The notes under the pieces are model-generated. The model saw only the letters and a program-made list of their open reading frames with translations, did not search any database and was not told the origin of the DNA. A stretch of 64,000 bases of DNA. Origin: Eledone cirrhosa (lineage: Eukaryota). Numbering within the stretch: the stretch's first letter is position 1; each line of letters opens with the position of its first letter. The stretch spans positions 64,170,001 through 64,234,000 of the forward strand of contig OZ024746.1 in assembly GCA_964016885.1 (NCBI GenBank), written 5' to 3'. Shown here piece by piece: positions 12,350 through 24,532 of the stretch. Both the position numbers and the translations under genes were made by a program.

Positions 12350-12696
12350 GAAGGCACATGGCTTAGTGGTTAAAGCATTGGCCTTGCAATCGAATGGTTG
12401 GGAGTTCAATTCTCAGACTGGGTGATGTGTTGTTTCCTTGAGCAAGACACTTTATTTCACATTGCTCCAGTTTACTCATCTGTAGAAAAGAGATGATAGA
12501 GACTGCGGTCCATATCATTCCACTGCAAAGTGGTCGTGGAGGTGCCACGGCAAAAAAGCACCCAGTACTCACTGTAAATGAGGTTGGTGTTAGGAAGGGC
12601 ATCCAGCTGTAGAAATCAAGCCAGAATCAGTTCCTGTCCCACCCTTGCAAGCAGGGAAAAAGCGGACGTAAAATGAAATGAAATAAATGAAATGAA
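12350..12696 (+). mobile_element. tRNA-derived SINE family B with an RTE-family-1 3' end
   Basis: A box tggcttagtgg, B box gttcaattc, then ttccttgagcaagacactt. The 3' end cacccttgcaagcagggaaaaagcggacgtaaaatga matches the LINE end at 8764-8797. Confidence 0.8.
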
Positions 12697-13034
12697 TATA
12701 TATATATATATATATTGAAGAGGTTGTTATTTTCAGCAGATCAAGCCACCATTTTGGGGGTCCTTTATTGGCTCAAATAAACTGAGGTTAACTCATGCCA
12801 TATACTATTCCTCTTCAAATATTGGCCTTGTGCATAAAAAGTCAGGGTTAGATTTTCTAGGTTATAAGTTTCTATGCAGTCATTATCATCATGTTATGCC
12901 TGCTAAGTGTCTCATGGAGGAGAATGTGGGAGTATGTGTGTGAAGAAGGACACAGAATGATAAAAAGGTAAGGGAAGAGAACCGTGGTAGCTATATGATG
13001 GTTATTGGTAGGAGATTGAGCAATAAGAACGTGT

Positions 13035-13091
<57 letters not shown>

Positions 13092-14002
13092 AGTAGTGAA
13101 TAACAACAGAGAAATGTGAAAGTAAGAGTTGTAGATGACAGCTAGGTCTCATGGGAGAGAGAATAAAATGTTGATGCCGGTTGGCAGCAGAAGGTGATGA
13201 TATAATATATAAAGAGTAAATGTCAACAAAGAGTTTCATTAGATGGGAGAGAATGATGGATTAGTTGCAGAGGGTTATTGTACTAAATCATCATAATCAT
13301 CATCGTTTTGTTTGTTTTTTCTATGTTGGCATAAGTTGGCATGGCCTGCGACTACATGGGTTAAGAAAGCACAACTTACTCATAGGTTCCATCTTTAGCC
13401 TGATTTCCTAATGTCAATTATTTTACAGAATGTACTGAGTGCATATTATCTTGGAACAAGCACAACCTCATTACAGAATATGGAAAGATACTCAGTGCCC
13501 TCCCTTGTCACCCATCTGATCTTTCTTATACCCAATTTCTCTGTGTTCATGCCCAATTCATTTATGCTTTGCCATACATGTATATTACTATTATACATCC
13601 ATTAGAGCATGTAAGCTTCATTTCTTATATTTTATTAAATATAATATAAACACAGGCATAGTTGTGTGGTTAAGAACTTTTCTTTACAGTCACATGGACT
13701 GTCTTCTATTATAGCCCCGGATCAATCAATGCCTTGTGAGTGAAATTTGGTAAACAGAAACAGTGCAGAAGTCCATTGCTACAACAATAAAAAAGCACCC
13801 AGTTTTCATCCTGTTAGGAGAAAACCATGAAAAATAACAGACACATCAAGCCATACAAATCTGCCTAAAAAAAGTAACATTGAAAAGTACCATCTAAAAC
13901 CATGCCTGTATGGAAAAGTGGATATAAAAACGATGATGTTGATGATGACGACGATGGTAATGGTGATGATGATGATGATGGTGGTGTTGGTGATGATGTA
14001 GC

Positions 14003-14041
<39 letters not shown>

Positions 14042-14408
14042 ATACTTTTAGTTTCAAGCTGTTCAACCATTTGTACAGTTAATAGCATCAAAGTCTTTTG
14101 TCTTACAGATACAATGTGTTCAGTGATAATCTCTATCACTTTATCTGTCTGAACCCAGTGAATGGCCATTTAAATATTATCCATGGTTCAGCATTGATTC
14201 CAAGATTGATTATGTGTCTGGCATCACATATTGTACTAATTCTCTTCTCTCTCATATTTCCTTTCACTCAGATTCATAACTAATGAAAAAAATTAATTAA
14301 GTTTTCATTTCATATCAAAGTCATTTTATCGAAGCAGATTTTTTTTTTTTTTCTAGATTCATTGTATAAATTCTATTTTACTATCTCTTTCCTTGAACTC
14401 TCTCTATT

Positions 14409-14507
<99 letters not shown>

Positions 14508-15322
14508 GTAATCTCTCTCTCTACAATATATTTGATGTATCCTTCGACCAGTTGTTGTCTTTGCTTACTTGTTTATTTTATGGGTGGGGGTGAAGATTTA
14601 TTTATATTTTTTATTATCGAAGTGACATATTTACTTTGTCTTATCACCTACAACCTCAAAAGTGATTGATGGACCACAGATTAATCTTTAGATGATTTCA
14701 AGGTATTTAAGTTAGCCACTGAAGCACAGAGCACTTATTAAAGTAGATTAAGATCGTTTTTAATAAAGGAAGTATTAGTACTGTCTATAGTTGATAGAAA
14801 CACGTTTCTTATAAACAATTTTATAAATAGTATTTCTTCTGTCTTTTAAATTCCTGTACATATTTGAATATAAGCTGACCCCATTATTTTATGTCTGAGA
14901 AATAGGCAAAATCCAAACCCTGTTTATAAGCTGAGGCAGCTAATCAACTCATCATGTTTAGATGGCTTTGAAAGTATAATGTCATTTAGAGTATAATTTT
15001 TGTTTAACAACTCTCTTACATAACGATTTTTTTTACCAATTTCTTTGAAGGCCATATTCATTCCAACTATATCAAAAACAATAGGAAACATGAATTTCAT
15101 GTCAAAAGTGAAGCCAAAAATATTTTAGCATGTCACTTATGTAGAATTTTGAAGTTGGTGAAAATCGGCAAAATATTGACCTTGAATATGTCGACCCCCC
15201 CCCCCCCCACCATTTTATCATAGATTTTTCTTCTTTTTTTTCCTGCCATATATTTCTCAATTTATATATGAGTATATATGGTAGTTTTATATCTGAATTT
15301 AAAATATCCTATCATGAAGTAC

Positions 15323-15666
15323 CTCAGGTGTTTTCAATCCTTGCACTACTGTTTTCCTCCATAAATCAGAAAGACAGCAGTCCACCTGAAGAAGGAGCCC
15401 CATGAGGCTAGGTGGTTGTTGCAGTTGTTGTTGCTGACCTTTCTCTGCAGCAATGCTTTAATCATTTCGTCTGTGATGTGCAGTTGAAATGCACTGCTCA
15501 AACTGGTGTGTACAATCTGTCATTTCCTCCTCCTTCTCTTTCTTTTGTGGCTTAAATTTCTTATTTCTTTTTCTCATCTTTCTTTTTTGTTTTCTTTATT
15601 TACAGATTGAATTTCATCTAATAGATGAATTGTCAGTATATTCAGAAATAAATATAATGAAAATAT
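15323..15666 (-). other. Candidate exon of an unidentified minus-strand transcript
   Basis: Strong acceptor (T)n-CCCAG| at 15667 and donor GAG|GTACTT at 15322. The sequence is non-repetitive. The 3' part reads MGLLLQVDCCLSDLWRKTVVQGLKTPE up to the donor. Confidence 0.45.
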
Positions 15667-15953
15667 CTGGGAAAAAAAAAAAAAAAAAAATGCATGAAAA
15701 AAATAGAGGGTGAATAAATTACAAATGGAAGGAGGAGAAGTTTATCATACTTCTCTGACTTGAAAACAGGAAAAATGTAAGTGAGAGAAGGAAAATAAGA
15801 GTGGGTTAGAGTAAGAGGTTAGCTTTATGTAGCTTTAAGCAATTTTTGTACTCTACAACATAACAATGGAAAATTCTAAATTTTTATGGGACTGTGGCAG
15901 TTTTACAATGAATATTATGATAAAAGAACTTCTTTCAAGATGATAATAATTAC

Positions 15954-15983
15954 CTGTAAATCTTTCAGTTGTGTCCTATTTTA
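15954..15983 (-). other. Candidate 30-nt non-coding microexon
   Basis: Polypyrimidine tract plus GTCAG| acceptor, and CAG|GTAATT donor. Stops in all three frames. Confidence 0.4.
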
Positions 15984-16883
15984 CTGACGCACACAGAAAG
16001 TAAAATGAGAAAGGGAAACAGAAATGGTAAAATTACAAAAATATGCCTAGTTTCTGTGTATATGCTGCTATATACTCTAGTTTGCATATATAACTTCTAG
16101 AAGAACATATACTCTTATATATATATATATATATAAATGTTATAATGGAAAACAGCACAAAGGTATTCCAGCTGTGAACATTCAAGGAAAATGTTACTTT
16201 CATTTCAAAAATCATTGTAATGGGTAACATTTTCATATAAAAAACTAAAAGCATATTTTTATGTAATTTGTAAATATATTAACCCATTGTTACCATATTT
16301 TTGAATAAAAACACACTACCAATGATTTCCAAAGAATTTTGAAAATAATCAAGAGTTTGAAGATATTTAGTAATATAAGTTACTTTCTCATTATCAAGCT
16401 GGTTTTTGGAACATAACTTAACAAATGGTCTTTCATGAAATTATAATGGAAGGTTTTTAGATAAACATAAAAGCTTCAAAGCAAATAGTTTTGCATCATA
16501 GAATATAAAGTAGTTTCAGGCAGTTTGGTATGAAAATAACATACTGGTTGGATGGTTATGGCTGGAGTACCTTTGTGTAATTCACTCTTATAGAATTCAT
16601 TGAAACATTATTAAAAATTTAAAAGATAAATGTTCTTATATCAGTATATATGCACCAACTAAGTTATATCTCTCCATGTCATAATTATTTTTTGTCTGGA
16701 GTTTCCAGTTATATATGTGCAATGATAAATGAACAGAAGTTTGTCTCTTAATGATCATGTATGTTTTCATTAGTGTTATCATTGAAATATATGACAACGA
16801 ATATATATAGGTTGATCACTCATCTAACCTATGCAAGCATGAAAAATAGATAATGATTATATATATATATATGTGTGTGTGTG

Positions 16884-17469
16884 TGTAATCTGAGTTTTTT
16901 GAATATTAATGATAATATTCGATTCGTTTGCAATTATGCAAACAGCCTTTTTAAGCCATGTCATACTCAGATTGCATTTAAGCCATACTCAGATTGCATT
17001 TATTGTATTCAGCCATATAGAGCGATAAACTAGTTTGTTAGTTATTTAAATATGGCAAAGCCAGCCATTAATTACTCGTATACTGACTGGCCTATCTCCT
17101 GATATGCAAATCTGGCTGATCAGTGGGTCTGCTAATAAGCAGATTTGACTGATCAGGCAGTCTGCTGATATGCAAAACAGGCTGATCAGTCACTGTATGT
17201 TTTAGAAAATATCATATATTTTCACTAGCTCTAACAGTTGGCAGGTAAGCAGTATACTGCACTGATGAAGGGTAATCACCCAGAAACATTAGTGTCTGCA
17301 GTTCTGTTTACATACCAACACAAGAGCAAGAATGATGGGGTCATTGTACTGACATGGCTTAAAGAGGCTGTTTGCATAATTGCAAATGAATCGAATATTA
17401 TCAATATTCGAAAAACTCAGATTACATTTATTGCATTCAGCCATGTAGAGCGATAAACTATTTGTTAGT

Positions 17470-17472
<3 letters not shown>
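16884..17472 (+). mobile_element. Short fold-back element with a hammerhead ribozyme (PLE-terminus-like)
   Basis: ~78-bp inverted arms at 16884-16963 and 17350-17426; direct repeat 16987-17045 versus 17416-17472; three ~35-bp internal tandem units; flanked by TA/TG microsatellites. Confidence 0.7.
17256..17302 (+). ncRNA. Type I hammerhead ribozyme (family A)
   Basis: ACUGCA-CUGAUGA-A-GGGU-AAUC-ACCC-A-GAAAC-AUUAGU-GUC^UGCAGU: full catalytic core, 6-bp stem I, 4-bp stem II, GUC triplet. Confidence 0.85.
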
Positions 17473-17531
<59 letters not shown>

Positions 17532-17664
17532 GGCACATGGCTTAGTGGTTAGAGAATTGGGCTCGGACCGGCTAAGGTAGAAGGTACAGGATAGCGATCG
17601 CCCTCGGGTCCTCGATTTTCAGCCCCATGGATTTTATCTATTACATTCACGTATTATATTTCGA

Positions 17665-17722
17665 ATACCTGATGATATCACCGGATTCATACGGAACCCG
17701 GTCATTGAAATGATCATAGTAT
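17665..17722 (+). ncRNA. Minimal type I hammerhead ribozyme (family B)
   Basis: AUAC-CUGAUGA-..ACCGG..CCGGU..-GAAA-UGAUCA(palindrome)-UA^GUAU, then AATAAA at 17723 and (TA)n at 17771. Confidence 0.7.
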
Positions 17723-17768
17723 AATAAACCTTTCAAGGATTTACACAAATCCAGCCTCCTGTCATTTC

Positions 17769-17857
<89 letters not shown>

Positions 17858-17917
17858 TACATTGAGTTAGAAACTCAAAATAGTCTTTCCAAGAAAGAAA
17901 TTTTTACGAGCCGTGCA

Positions 17918-18305
17918 ATATAATTGAATATATGAGATAGATAAACACAGATATAAGTATACATGTGTTCCAATTGCAAAGGACCAAGTTAACTAGGTTG
18001 AAAAAATTATTAACTTAAAACAATATGGTTTGCCTGACTCGATTTAAAGTAATAAATCAATAAAAAGAACAAACCTATATCGGGCAAAAGCCTTTGATAC
18101 CCATACAGACTTAAATCTGTTTCACAAGAATTATTAAGTGAAAGACATTATTTCTGTGCTCTTCAGTAGGTATCCAAAAATTAGTAGACCTTTCACTTCT
18201 AAGAATCTAAGATAGGTTTGTTCTTTTTTTCAACCTAGTTAACTTGGTCCTTTGCAATTGGAACACATGTATACTTATATCTGTGTTTATCTCTCTCATA
18301 TATTC

Positions 18306-18313
<8 letters not shown>
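17918..18313. repeat. Inverted repeat with ~88-bp near-perfect arms, between (TA)n tracts; loop contains a degenerate HHR on the minus strand
   Basis: 17918-18006 is reverse-complementary to 18225-18313. The minus strand of the loop has CTGAAGA (18166-18160) ... GAAAC (18123-18119). Confidence 0.85.
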
Positions 18314-18343
<30 letters not shown>

Positions 18344-19624
18344 AGAGCTAAATAGGTAGATATACATAGATAGGTAGATAGATTTATATAGATAAACATA
18401 TAGAGATGGATTGGCAGATACACAGATATCGATAGAAGACAGATGGTTATAATTTAGATTGTTTCCTTATTTATTTTGAAGAGACATTTTTGAATGTGAA
18501 GATAAGGATTATGATGACAAAACTCACACATATTCACACACATACACACACATACATGCACACATGCACACACACACACACCATCCATCATCATCATCAA
18601 ATGCCCATTTTCCTTGCTAGCAAGAGTTGGATGGGTTATCACAGACCAAGTCATTACTTAATCTGAGCTACTGACCTCTCAGATGGGCAGAAGGCCAGTG
18701 TCTCATTCATTTTTGCACTCTGCTAAGAGAGGTTGTCATATTTTTCACATAGCTGAAGAGTCCTCCTCACCATTTCTGTTGCAAGTTTTCTTTGACTAGA
18801 TACACTTCCTATCAACAATTACTATACAGGGTCTACTGGGTGCATATATCATGTAGATCATAAACAGTAGAGCGGTTGTCATGTCCTTAACACAACTAAA
18901 AATCCTCTGAACATATTTTTGGCATGGTTTCTATAGCTTGATGTCCTTCCTCTCCCCAACCACCAAATTAAACAGTATCTACACCTTCAAAGATGCCTCT
19001 CTGTAAAATATACATTACTAAGAACATTATAAGAAAACAATTTCCTTTTCTCTTGGCTATCTATCCATATTTATCTGTCTGTTCACTTCTCTGTTTTTCT
19101 ATATCTAACTGCCTACTTGTGTATGGCTGCCTATTTATTTTTCTCTCTCTCTCTGTATACACACACACACACACACACGCGCGCGCGTGCGTGTGTGTGT
19201 GTGTGTGTGTATCTATTTATGTCTGTCTCTTTGTCACTATAGACATATACTTATATAAGAAGTGAAATACACTATCTATAAGATAGCAGGTTCATGCTAG
19301 TAGCAGTGTATAAACAGACTAAACACACTTCACCATTTTTCAATTTCTGTTTTGATTTTACATTTTATTTCTCAAATATTTCCACCATGTTAGTAAAATA
19401 GGCTGCAATCTTCAGTTTTTTGTAAATAATATTTTTGTAAATATACTGTCATCATTTCAAATTAAGTTTTTATAACTATCATTAAACCTTTCAGTGGACC
19501 AGTAAAAAAATGTTATAAGTAAAGAAAGCTGTTATTTTTGATGGCTCAAGTGTCAATGTGCTTATATACTGTTGTCAGACATTTTCAACTGGTGAGATGC
19601 TCTATCAGACTTACGAATTATTGA

Positions 19625-19660
19625 TCTTGGCTTTTTGGCTGAGATCAAAGCATAATATTT
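19625..19660 (+). pseudogene. Possible short U2 snRNA 5' fragment
   Basis: tcttggctttttggctgagatcaaagcataatatt resembles U2 tctcggccttttggctaagatcaagtgtagtatct, recalled from memory. Confidence 0.4.
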
Positions 19661-19764
19661 TACTATTAAATACAAAGTTTGAAGTTTTAGGTAAGAACTT
19701 TATCAATGGCTTCATCCATCATTTTGAATAGACAGACTTTTCTATATAATTAATAAAATTGTTG

Positions 19765-19769
<5 letters not shown>

Positions 19770-19836
<67 letters not shown>

Positions 19837-19839
19837 TGT

Positions 19840-19930
<91 letters not shown>

Positions 19931-19998
19931 TGTGTATGTGTGTGTGTGTGTGTGTGTGTCTGTGTGTGTGCGTGTGTGTGTTTGTGTGTGTGTGTGTA
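19770..19998. repeat. (TG)n microsatellite
   Basis: Direct reading. Confidence 0.97.
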
Positions 19999-20045
19999 TA
20001 TATGAATTATCAAAGCACTGGGTGATTTAAAATTTGAAAATATGG

Positions 20046-20272
20046 GGTTCCTGAATTCAGAAAATAACTGTAACATCAGTCAATAAATACAATTATAAAT
20101 AATAGCTTAGAAATTTGGGAAATATACCCCTAGAGTTGGAAAAGCGAAAATGAATACCCTCTCTCTCGAATTGGCCACTTTTTTCATCTCTAAAGGTATT
20201 TTGCCTGAATTTCCAAGCTACTATTTATAGCAAGCAACTGTTGTCACAGTTATTTTCTGCATTTGGGATGCC
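20046..20272. repeat. Diverged inverted repeat (~80-bp arms)
   Basis: cagaaaataactgtaaca..tataaataatagcttagaaattt is mirrored by aatttccaagctactatttata..tgtcacagttattttctg. Confidence 0.65.
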
Positions 20273-20591
20273 TACATGTTTATATATATAATGTGGGTTA
20301 TGCAATAGCACTATGTATATATTGTGATATGACAAAGTTTCATTTTAAATGATTTTATTGTTTATTGACCATAACATATGTTTCACAAATGATTAGATTG
20401 AGATCTTCGTTGATGAGATAAACCTGACTCCAGCATCGTTCTGCTCCTCAGCTATGTCGACTCAATTAAAACATTTACATCTCAAAGGCATCGAATACCA
20501 TACTGGTATATATATATATATATATATATAAATTCGTTTTTGAATTTGTTTTGCGAGAGCTCTTATCTGGAAACGTGTGTTGAAACAGATA

Positions 20592-20634
<43 letters not shown>

Positions 20635-20637
<3 letters not shown>

Positions 20638-20976
20638 AAACGTAAACAGAAATAACAACACAATCGGTACAGTATATGGAAGGGATATATTAGGTTAACG
20701 CTTGATATAGCAGGAAGAGGGTTTTAACGTTTCGGACGCTAGTCCTTCATCAGAAGAAAGAATGAAAAATAAGATAGATTGAGGGGACGGGTGGGTTGGA
20801 ATTGGAAAAAAATGTCTTTAGATAAAAATAACAGGTCCATTCATGTCGACATGTTGGTGCTGGCGTTTTGTGTATGATTTATTTATTTTAGAAAAGTGGA
20901 TGATGGAGCGCGTCTACCTGAAATGGAAAAAAAAACATTTTTTAAAAAGAGCTATACTTGTGCACGTGCGTAAGCA

Positions 20977-21011
<35 letters not shown>

Positions 21012-22963
21012 ATACGTCTGTACGAAGCTAAGAAGAAATGTGTGTGTATATGTGAGTTAAAGAGTGTGTGTGCATGTAAGTATGAAGCTATGAGCAAAAG
21101 TATGTTTATATAAAGGTGTGTATGTGTGTATACAGAGCAGTGAAGGGAAAAGTGGAGTGAGCATATATAGTCGGCATATATTAGTTGTAAGAGATGTTAA
21201 TGATCAAGAGAAAGCGATAGGAATCTAGGGGTGTGATAATAGACAGAGTATTAGAGAAATTGGGGAGGTGATTTGAGTCCAAGAGGGGAATAGGACCCAA
21301 GGTGGTGAATCAGACTTTGTTCAGTCCTGGTGCGCGAGGCCTGTGATCCATGATGTAAAAGGCCACCCAGGACTGAAACATGTAGGGGAGAATGACCAGG
21401 AGAACAGAAATGATGGGTGACAGGAGTATCCAAACCTAGTCGTAAGTCCGTCAAATGTTCGGCAAAACAGTCCGCCATACGGCATCCCGTTTGTCCGATA
21501 TATAAAGACCCGCAAAGGGAACACCGGAGGGCATAGACAACGTGGGTGGATGTGCAGGTGAATGAATGGCGGATACGAAAAGACCCGTTAGGGCCTGTAA
21601 AAGTGTGAGGGTGGAAATAAAGGGACAAGTGTTGCAGCGGGAATGGGGACAAGGATGAGGGCCGGGTGGAGTCGTGGGAGAGAAAAGAAAGGAACTGCGA
21701 ACCAGGAGGTCGCGGAGGTTGAGGGCGCGCTTAAAAGCAGTAATGGGTGGGTTTGAAAAAAAGTGAGAAGTGACGGGGTCAGAAGAGAGGATACGGAAGG
21801 AACGGAGGATATGTTGCCGGAGTGGTAGGGTGATGGGGTGGTAGGTGAGAGAGAAAGAAACAGGTGTTGGGAGGGTGGGGGTGATGTGAGAGGGCTGTGA
21901 TGCGGTCTGTTTCACGGGTGCGAGTGAGAGAAGCTTGGATCAGGGTGGGGGATATCCATGCTGGATGAAGCAGGAAACCATGCGAAGGGAATGGGTTTCG
22001 AAATCGTCGTCTTGGTTACAGAGCCGACAAAGACGGAGGAATTGGGAATAGGGTATGGAGTGTTTGGTGTAGGTTGGATGGGAGGAGGTGAAATCGAGGT
22101 AAAATTGGGAGTTTGTTGGTTTAATGTAGATGGAAGTAGAGAGGGAGTGGTGAGAGTGATTAAGATAGAGAGATATCTAGAAAAGTGACAGAAGAATTGG
22201 AGACGGAGGCGATGAAATTGAGAGCAGGATGGAAAGATTGGACAAAAGAAAGAAAACAGTCGAGCTGTTCTCGTGATAGAGAGGTGGCGCCAATACAATC
22301 GTATAACTCAGGAGTCAGTCCAGCATACAGGGAGAAGATCTGGGCTTCGACGTAGCCAACAAACAAGTTGGCATAATTTGGATCCATTCTGGTTCCCATC
22401 GTTACGCCAGAGACCTGCAGATAAAATTTACCCGAAAAAGAAAATCCATTAAGGGTGAGAACAAGCTCAGCCAGACGGAGTAGAGGGGTAGTGCTAGGGT
22501 AAGAGGTAGGGCGTAAATCTAAGAAATGTTGGAGAGCGCGGAGGCCATCATCATGAGGGATGACGGTATAGAGAGAAGTGATGTCCAGGTTAAAGAGAAG
22601 GCGGGTGGGACCAGGAGGGAAGGAGAAAGAGTTGAAGAGTCTGAAGGCATGATTTGTATCATGGATGTGGGAGGGGAGATTGCCAACCAATGGGGTGAGG
22701 TTGGTGTCTAAATATTCAGAAATTATCTCGGTGGGGCAACTGCACGCAGAAACGATAGGACGGCCGGGATTATTTTGTTTGTGTATTTTGGGGAGGAAGT
22801 AGATGGTGGATGTGCGAGGGGTGCACACAATAAGGTTGGTGGCTGCGGGGCGTAGGAGAGAGGAGGAGATGAGCTCCTGGATGGTGGAGGACACGAGTTG
22901 TTGGTAGCCAGGAGTGGGGTCGGAGGATAAAGGGCAGTAAAAAAGGGTATTGTACACATAGGC
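20635..22963 (-). mobile_element. Penelope-like element (probably Neptune type): RT, Cys-rich linker, GIY-YIG endonuclease and 3' terminal region; 5'-truncated and frameshifted
   Basis: ORFs contain YFLPKIHK..PGRPIVS, LDITSLYTVIPH, GVTMGTRM.PNYANLF, VTFLDI, LTYHP..RDLLVRS, CPHSRCNTCP and VVYALRC..CGSLYIGQTG..RFAEH-like..E..I..LG...P.GL. The catalytic YxDD segment appears partly deleted. Confidence 0.92.
20721..20760 (-). ncRNA. Minimal hammerhead ribozyme (family C) in the 3' terminal region of the PLE
   Basis: Minus strand UUCUU-CUGAUGA-A-GGAC-UAGC-GUCC-GAAACGUU-AAAA, with palindromic AACGUU at helix III. Stem I is weak. Confidence 0.7.
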
Positions 22964-23029
22964 ATTTCCTGTTTACATAATTACATGATAATTATTGTCA
23001 TTATAATTATCGTCATCATTTGTCAAAAG

Positions 23030-23290
23030 GTGAGTATGATTCCCAGATCAGGCTGTGCATTGTGTCCTTGAGCAAGACTCTTTAGTTGCTCCAGTTCATT
23101 CAACTGGAAACAAATGAGCTGTGATATCTCTGGTATCAGCTTTATCAGTGACATGGAGTGGTGAGACTTGAATGCATCAGTGACTGTTGGTCTTCCACAA
23201 AAACACCTTGCCAGGGCTTGTGCTTCAGGGGGGAACTTTCCAGGTGCAAATCCTATGGTCATTCATAATGGAAGGGGTTTTATATCCTTT
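23030..23290 (+). mobile_element. SINE family B-related fragment
   Basis: gtgtccttgagcaagac core. Downstream part is shared with 40110-40370. Confidence 0.6.
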
Positions 23291-24082
23291 ATATTTGTAG
23301 CGCATCTCCCTTACCATCCTCCAGGGAAACGCCTTCTCCATTCTGCCCGCTAGGGCTGTGGGGCGGCCAGCATGTGGGGCCCCATTTGCTCACTATACAG
23401 AGATATTTGCAGGGCGAGAGAGATGGGGGTGGTGATGGTGGGAGTTCGGACACATTGCACCTATCAAGAGTGTATAAGCCATAATAAAGAGTACAGTTTA
23501 AAGTGCTATATATATATATATGTTGGGTTGCTCTCCAGTGCTACTGGTAACATGTAACCCAGTACAACCTGTCACATGGTCGTGTCATCGGCGACTAAAC
23601 CAGCAACCCCACCAAGTTTACTTGGTGAGGAGGAGGATTTTGGACACCCTGCAGGACTAAAAAAAAAACCTGACAAAGGACGGAAGAATTTATAAGAGTC
23701 AACGGCCATCCAAAAGTGTGTAAATATGTATATATACATGTACATGCGTATGTATATGTATATGTTTATATGCATGGGTGCATGTGTATGTATATGCGAG
23801 GGACATAGAAATAGCTGGGCTGGACACCTGATCGCATGGTTAAACCACTGGGAGTGAAGGACCCCTAGCCTTTGTCAGGGCATTCTTCTAGGAGAAGGCA
23901 ACTCAGGAAACTGGGATAACTCCGATATAAAACCTGCGGCTCAGTAGTTACCGATGATGTTGATCTTTGCTTCTTTTCAGGTTATAGCTACTGTCGCTCA
24001 GAGGGTGGGATTGGCTCAGTGCACAGTCTTTAAAAAATATCTTCATGCACAGGTATTGCACGATAGAATTAATTAATTAATT

Positions 24083-24270
24083 AATTGTTTCTACTTTAGG
24101 CACAAGGCCAGCAATTACCCAGTGTATTACTGATACTTTATTTTATCGACCCCGTAAGGATGAAAGGCAAAATCAACCTCGGCGGGATTTGAACTCAGAT
24201 CGTAAAGGGACGTAACTATGCTGGAAAGCATGGCGTCCGACCCTCTACCGATACTGCCAATCCACCGCCC
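24083..24270 (-). mobile_element. SINE family A, full length
   Basis: Reverse complement of the consensus, flanked by ttaattaa repeats. Confidence 0.9.
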
Positions 24271-24469
24271 TTTAATTAATTAATTAATTAATAATTATTA
24301 ATAATGGTATATCGTGCAATGGCCATACTCGATAACGAGGGGCAGCCATCATATATATATATATATATATATTGATGTATATTGATGTACTAAACTCCTC
24401 ACTAAGCCATAATAAAGAGTACAGTTTAAAGTGCTATATATATATATACATATGTTGGGTCGCTCTTCA

Positions 24470-24529
<60 letters not shown>

Positions 24530-24532
<3 letters not shown>

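Noticed and set aside
12350-12430. tRNA gene
   Set aside because: A and B boxes are present but there is no clean cloverleaf, and it runs into a SINE core, so it is a SINE head.
14098-14283. Plus-strand exon candidate after tcttacag
   Set aside because: No convincing donor or recognisable peptide.
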